DNA of 64,000 nucleotides from Giardia intestinalis (Eukaryota): NCBI GenBank assembly GCA_000002435.2, contig CM018791.1; one strand, 5' to 3'. Shown piece by piece: positions 57,882 to 64,000 of this stretch (position 1 is its first letter; each line of letters starts with the position of its first letter). The notes under the pieces were generated by a model. It saw only the letters and a program-made list of their open reading frames with translations, ran no database searches and was not told where the DNA came from. The position numbers and the translations under genes were made by a program.

Positions 57882-60049
57882 TGAACACTTCTCCGCGATC
57901 TGCGCTGTGATCTTTGCGACAGAGCTCTTTGTTCATAGCCGAGGTATGGGGCGAGAAGCTGCTTTATCGTTAATCTATCATCTCTCCAGTGAGGGACCTC
58001 ATCAAGAGCCTTTTGTGCATGCTGTGACTCCTTCTCAGCAAGGATTTCTATGCAGGCTAAAGATGCTTCGGGGGACGACGCTGCCCAAACCAGTGCTGAC
58101 CACCCAGCGTATTGTTGCTTTATATCTGGGGCTGCTTGCACCATTCCGGCCTCGTGCGGAATTAACTGTGCAACTGTCTCAACACAACCATTGTACGCAG
58201 CTATCATAAGCGCTGTGTGACCGCTACCCCATCTTGAAGAGGCATTAGTAATCAGTTTTGATTCATGAGGCAGTAAGAGCTCCACTATATCCACGTAATT
58301 ACGTTCTGCCGCATACATTAGTGCAGTGTACCCTTGACAGTCTTGCAGCCCTGCTTCATACTGGGCAAGAATCCGTACTGCAGTAGAATTTCCAGAGCAT
58401 GCGGCGAGCATTAGTGTAGATCGTTTGTTAGTTGGTTCTACATACCCTGCAGCCAGCGGAGAAAGCAAAATTATCGCGTCAGTCCTGCACTTTTGAACTG
58501 CGAGCATTAGTGGCGAAGCCACCTCAATTTTTCCAAATTCCTCGGTTACCAAAGTGCCGATAGATAGGTTTCCTTCCTTAGAAATAAGATATTTGTATGA
58601 AAAGGAGCACTTGTTCTTCAGTGCTACAAAAAGACATGTTGTTCCATCAACGCACCTCCAGCCAGACTCTCTTAACGTGTCTGTGTATCTTTTTTGATCA
58701 ACTTCTATCAAGACAGACGCAGAATCATAGTTATTTGTTTCCAGCGCGTGTCGTAGTGCTGTTTTCCCTTGATTGTCCTGCATCCCGTACTCTATAGTGC
58801 TGAGAAGCTTCACGGCGGCCACGTTGCCATGCTGCGCTGCAAGCATAAGTGCTGTTTCACCTGTATCAGTCCTTCTGCCAGCATAAGGGAGGAGGGTGTC
58901 CAAAACTGCGTTCATATTGTTATCGATAATTGCTTGCATAAGGGGGGTAAGAGAACCATTTTCAGTGCATGGTGGCAAGGAGCATCCAGGAAACTCAGCT
59001 ACTGCTGAAATAAGAGAAGCAAATCTACTCTGAACAACCTGAAGGGTATCCTTTTGTGCTGCCATCAACGAATAGATATTTCTGACTTCCGTGGCGAGCT
59101 TCTTCCCATCATCTGTTTCTAGATAGTTAGACGCTACCTCTTTAGAGATTATCGATGCTGACGACAGTGGTGTGCTAGCTACATTGTCAGCTAGTGTCTC
59201 AACGACATCTGCAATTGACTTCTGTGCGCCCTTCTTGCTGTGCATAAACTGTGGAATAGACTCTTGAACCTGCTCACTCTGCTCCATGACTGTGTGGGTC
59301 TGTAGAAGAATTGAGACCGTGCTCTTCTCTTCCAATAAAGCGTCTCGGTTGCTAGCTACCATAGAGTAAATCGGCCGAAGCGCTGCGAACATCTTTATTA
59401 ATGATTCTGTTAGAAATGTATTTTCTTCGGTAATTGATTGGATGGTTTGTAAAGCAGCTCGGAGAGTAAGTGTGCTCCCAGAGGAAATAAACTTGAGTGC
59501 TAATTGCAGCATCTGCTGAATGGCAACAGAAGATCGAGAGCCATCAACACAGAGGTCCAGGGCATCTAAAAGGTCCTTCTGAGCGTAAGCCTGGGTCTCC
59601 AGCAACGTTTCTATCATCGAGTAATGCCGAGCACGCACAGCCTGGTTGAGAGCAGTCTCATGTTCGCCTGTCGACGAGTCACACAGAAATGTGGACAAAA
59701 TCCTGAGAGATCGGAAGGCACCGCATGCAGCGGCCAGGGCCAGAGGAGACCCGTACCCGGGTACGGGGGTATTCTCCTCTAGGGGCGCCAGCAAACAGAC
59801 CAGTTCTGGAGCGTCTAGCTCAATAGCTATACCCAAGGCAGGATACCCTCTAGAATCTAGGAGAGAGTGCTCAAATGGAAGGAGAAGGGAGGCTATCTGC
59901 ACATCGCGAGCCCTGACAGCGGTGATAAGGGCAGTATCTCCAAGGTTGTTCCGAGCACCGAGATGTTTATGTACAGAGCGAAGAATGGAATCTGCATCCT
60001 GTGCACGGACTGCTGCAAACCACTCTGCCTTAGTCTTCAGTATTGACAT
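57878..60049 (-). CDS. Protein 21.1-family ankyrin-repeat protein (723 aa)
   Basis: ATG at 60049..60047 (MSILKTK). Ankyrin repeats occur at both ends (TALITAVRARDVQIASLLLP; TALMLAAQHGNVAAVKLL; TALMYAAERNYVDIVELLLP; TALMIAAYNGCVETVAQLIP) around a central non-repeat region. Its stop overlaps the stop of the upstream gene by 4 nt, in convergent orientation. Confidence 0.8.
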   Translation of the reverse strand: MSILKTKAEWFAAVRAQDADSILRSVHKHLGARNNLGDTALITAVRARDVQIASLLLPFEHSLLDSRGYPALGIAIELDAPELVCLLAPLEENTPVPGYGSPLALAAACGAFRSLRILSTFLCDSSTGEHETALNQAVRARHYSMIETLLETQAYAQKDLLDALDLCVDGSRSSVAIQQMLQLALKFISSGSTLTLRAALQTIQSITEENTFLTESLIKMFAALRPIYSMVASNRDALLEEKSTVSILLQTHTVMEQSEQVQESIPQFMHSKKGAQKSIADVVETLADNVASTPLSSASIISKEVASNYLETDDGKKLATEVRNIYSLMAAQKDTLQVVQSRFASLISAVAEFPGCSLPPCTENGSLTPLMQAIIDNNMNAVLDTLLPYAGRRTDTGETALMLAAQHGNVAAVKLLSTIEYGMQDNQGKTALRHALETNNYDSASVLIEVDQKRYTDTLRESGWRCVDGTTCLFVALKNKCSFSYKYLISKEGNLSIGTLVTEEFGKIEVASPLMLAVQKCRTDAIILLSPLAAGYVEPTNKRSTLMLAACSGNSTAVRILAQYEAGLQDCQGYTALMYAAERNYVDIVELLLPHESKLITNASSRWGSGHTALMIAAYNGCVETVAQLIPHEAGMVQAAPDIKQQYAGWSALVWAASSPEASLACIEILAEKESQHAQKALDEVPHWRDDRLTIKQLLAPYLGYEQRALSQRSQRRSRRSVH

Positions 60050-60185
60050 ACAACGTGCGGAACAAGCAGCTATGAGCCTTTAGGATTCAAAGCCACCCAG
60101 TTATGAATTATTATTCCAAATAATAAATGGGCGAATGGTCACCGGGATTTAAGGGGTGCCGCTAAAAGGCAAAATTTAGAATTTC

Positions 60186-60530
60186 ATGAGCTTCAAATGT
60201 GACAACCAGGTCGACTTCATGGTCTTGCAGCGTGAGAGAGAAGCGCGCGAAGAAAAATCCCGTGCAGAGTGGGAGGCTAAATTTGGTCGTCCATATACGG
60301 CCTCCTGTGTTGCGTCCTACAACTTAACCGACTACTGCAGAGAGCAGTTCGGGCTTCCAAAGAGGCAGCGATCTGGCGCTGAGGATGGACTCACAGTAAT
60401 TCCAGAGCCCTATAGACGGGCTGTCCGGCCAAAAACGGAGGGCGATGTTATCGGATTATATAGGGATGATTATGATCAAAAGCTGTTCAATCCGCACAAG
60501 TATGGAATTCGCCGCACGGTATTCGACTGA
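60186..60530 (+). CDS. Small conserved hypothetical protein (114 aa), paralogue A of a tandem pair
   Basis: ATG at 60186 with an A-rich leader. It shares an ordered motif set with the downstream ORF: W(E)..FG..Y..SC..SY.L.D.CR..FGLP.R...(8-10)...IPEPYRR..R......IG...DD. Confidence 0.45.
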   Translation: MSFKCDNQVDFMVLQREREAREEKSRAEWEAKFGRPYTASCVASYNLTDYCREQFGLPKRQRSGAEDGLTVIPEPYRRAVRPKTEGDVIGLYRDDYDQKLFNPHKYGIRRTVFD

Positions 60531-60575
60531 TCTTTAGGTCAAAACACTCTCTGTGTCAGCTTCAATTTACATAAA

Positions 60576-60920
60576 ATGCCAGCGGACCCCATTGACGCCG
60601 TTTCTGAAATCGAGAATACGCGCAGGCGAGAAAAGCACATAGAGGACTTAGCCAGGAAGTGGGAACAGCGCTTTGGTTCTGAGTACGTTCAGTCATGCGC
60701 TGACAGCTACAGACTTAGAGACGAATGTAGGGTACACTTTGGCCTCCCAGAGCGCTCGGTTGTTCAAGAAAATTGGTCTATCGATAGAATTCCGGAGCCA
60801 TATCGCAGAACTGACCGTCTAGAACTAACCTCAGATACGATTGGGTACTTCCAGGACGACTTTGAAGGCCGGATCTTTCCTCGTAGAGAGCATGCGCCCA
60901 AACGCGTTCCATTCACTTGA
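60576..60920 (+). CDS. Small conserved hypothetical protein (114 aa), paralogue B of the tandem pair
   Basis: ATG at 60576 with leader tcaatttacataaa. It has the same length and motif order (KWEQRFGSEYVQSCADSYRLRDECRVHFGLPER...IPEPYRRTDR...TIGYFQDDF), about 35% identical to paralogue A. Confidence 0.45.
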   Translation: MPADPIDAVSEIENTRRREKHIEDLARKWEQRFGSEYVQSCADSYRLRDECRVHFGLPERSVVQENWSIDRIPEPYRRTDRLELTSDTIGYFQDDFEGRIFPRREHAPKRVPFT

Positions 60921-60933
60921 CCTCACTCTGTCG

Positions 60934-63900
60934 TCACTGCAGAATGCGACCAGAATTGCAGATCTCGTCACCGATGATCCCAACAAGGTCGCTGTTGTGA
61001 AGCTCTTCCAAGCTGATGTGAATGCGATACTTCCACTGCCACTCGCTTGCTCCGGGCATGTTTATTATCTCGTCCTTTGTGTCTCCGTTATATCTGTACT
61101 TGTCGCACGCCCCAAATATGTCCTGCAGCATCAGGCAGCATATGATGGACCTGGAGTGCAGATTCTGACGGAGGATAGCGCGACAGTCGAACTCAGAAAG
61201 TGAACGGGAAACTTGCCAATCGCTGTCTCCCGCACGGCCCAAGTTTTCTCTCCAGAATGCGCATGCAGCGGAACGATTATGCTCCCACCAAGCACGAAGT
61301 GGGTACGTGTCATGTGTCGATGGAGCAGCCACCGTAAGGTACGAGTAAACACTCTCGTCATCACAACGATAAAAGTGTCCAGGATAACCTTCGTGGGTCA
61401 TTCGTTGAACTCTGAGCCCGATGATTCCTAGGTCGGCCATGACCCGACGGATGCAGGGGTGCAAGTACCCAAGATCCTCTCCGCAAATCATCATGTTCGT
61501 GGACTCCTTTATGAGCCGCAGGTGCTTTGTGCCGCTTCTGGTCCACTCGTCGTTGTGCCAGGTAGTGAAGTACTCATAGCTCCAATGTCTTATCTTATCG
61601 CGGAGCCCGATATGCTCAAGGCTAGTAAGAGACACTGCCTCGCTGGACACATGTCTATTCGTGAATACAGGGTGGCAGAAAGCGTCTGGGTTGGAGACAT
61701 CGTTTAAAAGACAGACATTCCCTAGTAGCTTTCTATACGTTTCCATCAATGCAGAGTGCAATTCTAGTGCAATATCTTCATTAAGCAAGAGGCTATCTAG
61801 CAGCGCGCAGGCCTTTTGCTCTTGTAGCTCTATCACGTAAGAATCCGTTCGTTTGTCATAACTAAGTACTCCAAACTCAACGAGTGTTGAGCACGCCAAG
61901 TCGCCGGCTGCGTGACCAGCAAGTTTGTGCGCCAGATCACGCTTGAGGAGAGGCTGCGTAAGACGTGTACGTATGTCGCTCTTGCTGCGACACCACGAAA
62001 TACTTGAGTTGGGGTCATAGCACTCTTCAAATATCCAATCCCAGTGCAGAGGAGCTGCAGGAACAAACTGTCCCAGAGATCCATTATTCTTCCCTGCAGT
62101 AAGCGGCAATTCCCACGTGCGAAACAGCCCGAGAATATGATCCAGGCGCACGCAATCGAAGAACAGCTCTGCGTGCTTGAGGCGTCTCTGCATCCATTGA
62201 TACCCGTCAATCTCCTCCATCTTGCGCCAGTTGTATGCCGGATAGCCCCAGTTCTGACCCATTGGCGTAAATGCGTCGGGTGGCGCACCAACAACACGGC
62301 TCTTCTCAAAGTATTCTGGGTACACCCAGGAATCTACGCCGACCGGGGACGTGCCAAAGCTCAAGTCGCCCTTGAGACATATGCCTCTGGACCGGCAGTA
62401 CATAGCAGAGTCCTGTAACTGTGTGTGAGCATGCATCTGAAGAAAGGCATAAAAGAATATGTGCTTCGTAGTGCTCACTACTTCCTTGCCTATCTCCTTA
62501 GTTACTGTAGATGAAGGGGAGGCCCCAGAGGAGATCTTATCATACAGGGTCTTAATGTACAGGCAGCTATCGGTTGGTGTAAGTGCAGAGATGTTTGCTG
62601 GCTTTATTGCATCATAGAAACGCTTCAAAAGAGGATTTCTTGCAGACATGTCAGTGGATGGGTCCAGGAAACTCAACCCCTCAAAAACGTCGATAAAGTA
62701 GCGGTACAGCATGTAACTATATATCCAGTACTCGATTAGTGGGCTGCTCTGAATCCACGTGACAATATCCTTCACTAGTGTATGCAGGCCTGCGGTGTCA
62801 CAGATGTAAGAGTATATTAAATACAAAAAGTTCAGCTTTTCTCTGCACACCTTGCCATAGTTGTACCTACAGTGGAGATAAGATATGTCCCTCGTCATAT
62901 GGTGGCGGAAGTCATTAAGCTTCCGTGTTACTACACTATCCATTCCGGAGATCTTTTCGCACCTTATATAGATGGGATGAAGAGCAAAGACAGAAATGCC
63001 CGCATATGGTGAAGAATCCCCCGCCGAGAAATGGCTCTTAATCGTGTTGGTACCTGAGGGGGATAAGATTGGGCCGGTTATAGTGTCCTGAAGGGGAAGA
63101 AGCTGTATTATGTTGAACCCGCAGCACTTGGCGAAGTTGACAAGCATGCGCAGATCACCGAAGTCCCCAACACCAGTGGAGAGTGCAGAGCGGAGGCTGA
63201 AAAGAGGCACGCAGAGAGATGTGAACCGCGGTACTGCACTGTATGGATACCGGAAAAATCCGCAAATGAAGTACGACCAATACCTTATCGTCACAGTCTT
63301 GAGGTGGCTATTGCCCTTTTTAGCAGTAGAAGGGGCAGAACTAAGCAGCTTGACCTCACTACTATTGTTATTGTCTTCAACTTCTTGATCGTCCTTTTGA
63401 CCCGGAGAAGATGCTGTCGTGGTTGTAGATGTGGTCGCAGATGCGGCTGCGGCCGCATAAAGATCACCGACGGTCTTGTATGGAAGTGTCCTATGCACAG
63501 ACTCGTCGCCCAGGGTGTATGTAGCTGTCATCGAGAAAGTCTCAGATAGATGTATTGATCGGTTTTCTCCACTTTCGAAAGAGATGTTTCCATCTGCATG
63601 GACGATGGCAAACTTGAAAAGGAAGGTTTTTAGCTCGTCTACTGTAAAGTAGAAGACAGTTGGGGCTTCAAATCTACGCTCTCCCACATGGTTGAATATT
63701 ATGGAGCTCCTGGAGCGGGGGTTCCAGTTACCGAAACGGGGCAGATTACCAGTCAATAGTACGCGCTCGCCCTTGAAGACGTATGGCACCATGCATGCAA
63801 ACAACACGGGGACTAGGTTGGACTGAACGAGATTAGACCTACTCAGCTTTGCTATTGCCTTCTTATTCTCGACCTCCTTAACGACTTTACTTACCTTTAG

Positions 63901-63975
63901 AATCGCTAGCTTCTCAGGTGCCCCGTGGTGTATGGTGGCGTCCTTCAGTATCGATGTGGTTGCAGAGTCTGTCAT
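60934..63975 (-). CDS. 4-alpha-glucanotransferase (GH77 disproportionating enzyme, DPE2-type) with N-terminal CBM20 starch-binding domain
   Basis: ATG at 63975..63973 (MTDSATT). The frame stays open upstream to the window end, so the true start could lie beyond 64000. The CBM20-like segment is VPVLFACMVPYVFKGERVLLTGNLPRFGNWNP. GH77 blocks are FNIIQLLPLQDT...SPYAGISVFALHPIYI, FDCVRLDHILGLFRTWELP, MICGEDLGYLHP and APSTHDTYPLRAWWE. There is a DPE2-style internal insertion. Confidence 0.8.
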   Translation of the reverse strand: MTDSATTSILKDATIHHGAPEKLAILKVSKVVKEVENKKAIAKLSRSNLVQSNLVPVLFACMVPYVFKGERVLLTGNLPRFGNWNPRSRSSIIFNHVGERRFEAPTVFYFTVDELKTFLFKFAIVHADGNISFESGENRSIHLSETFSMTATYTLGDESVHRTLPYKTVGDLYAAAAASATTSTTTTASSPGQKDDQEVEDNNNSSEVKLLSSAPSTAKKGNSHLKTVTIRYWSYFICGFFRYPYSAVPRFTSLCVPLFSLRSALSTGVGDFGDLRMLVNFAKCCGFNIIQLLPLQDTITGPILSPSGTNTIKSHFSAGDSSPYAGISVFALHPIYIRCEKISGMDSVVTRKLNDFRHHMTRDISYLHCRYNYGKVCREKLNFLYLIYSYICDTAGLHTLVKDIVTWIQSSPLIEYWIYSYMLYRYFIDVFEGLSFLDPSTDMSARNPLLKRFYDAIKPANISALTPTDSCLYIKTLYDKISSGASPSSTVTKEIGKEVVSTTKHIFFYAFLQMHAHTQLQDSAMYCRSRGICLKGDLSFGTSPVGVDSWVYPEYFEKSRVVGAPPDAFTPMGQNWGYPAYNWRKMEEIDGYQWMQRRLKHAELFFDCVRLDHILGLFRTWELPLTAGKNNGSLGQFVPAAPLHWDWIFEECYDPNSSISWCRSKSDIRTRLTQPLLKRDLAHKLAGHAAGDLACSTLVEFGVLSYDKRTDSYVIELQEQKACALLDSLLLNEDIALELHSALMETYRKLLGNVCLLNDVSNPDAFCHPVFTNRHVSSEAVSLTSLEHIGLRDKIRHWSYEYFTTWHNDEWTRSGTKHLRLIKESTNMMICGEDLGYLHPCIRRVMADLGIIGLRVQRMTHEGYPGHFYRCDDESVYSYLTVAAPSTHDTYPLRAWWEHNRSAACAFWRENLGRAGDSDWQVSRSLSEFDCRAILRQNLHSRSIICCLMLQDIFGACDKYRYNGDTKDEIINMPGASEWQWKYRIHISLEELHNSDLVGIIGDEICNSGRILQ

Positions 63976-64000
63976 GTCCAGGGAGTCATCAATCTTCCAA

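Overview
This window looks like nuclear DNA of the diplomonad Giardia intestinalis (G. lamblia); this is an inference from gene content. Two cysteine-rich CXXC surface-protein genes end in the VSP-type membrane anchor ...GFLCWWF(L)CRGKA. At least eight genes belong to the Giardia Protein 21.1 ankyrin-repeat (TALMxAA-type) and NEK-kinase families. Genes are intronless and tightly packed, with short A/T-rich intergenic regions, AGTRAAY-type poly(A) signals and several overlapping gene ends. About 35 genes are supported. The ORF track opens ORFs on TTG/GTG/CTG, so gene starts below were re-set to the first plausible ATG.

Supported content, 5' to 3':
- partial SAM-dependent methyltransferase gene, minus strand, running off the window start
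- VSP-like gene on the minus strand with a variant GRRKA tail, and a VSP gene on the plus strand with seven perfect 228-bp tandem repeats
- NEK-family pseudokinase with ankyrin repeats, apparently frameshifted, followed by a Protein 21.1 ankyrin gene
- coatomer beta subunit, Bub3, cis-prenyltransferase, and GTP-dependent PEPCK
- a protein carrying a CCT/NF-YA-like basic motif
- a run of four consecutive ankyrin / NEK-ankyrin genes
- Nop25/Rrp17-like nucleolar protein, another NEK kinase, a Myb-like factor, and a large actin-related protein
- a 1752-aa coiled-coil protein with an N-terminal calponin-homology (Hook/EB1-like) domain
- a tandem pair of diverged 114-aa paralogues
- a DPE2-type 4-alpha-glucanotransferase with a CBM20 starch-binding domain

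The most unusual structure is a roughly 0.99-kb near-identical inverted repeat at 965-1953 and 7470-8455. It brackets the minus-strand VSP-like gene together with a roughly 3-kb non-coding island of 60-73% GC. The second, divergently oriented VSP gene sits just outside the right arm. I could not link this arrangement to any known element and flag it as the top candidate for follow-up.
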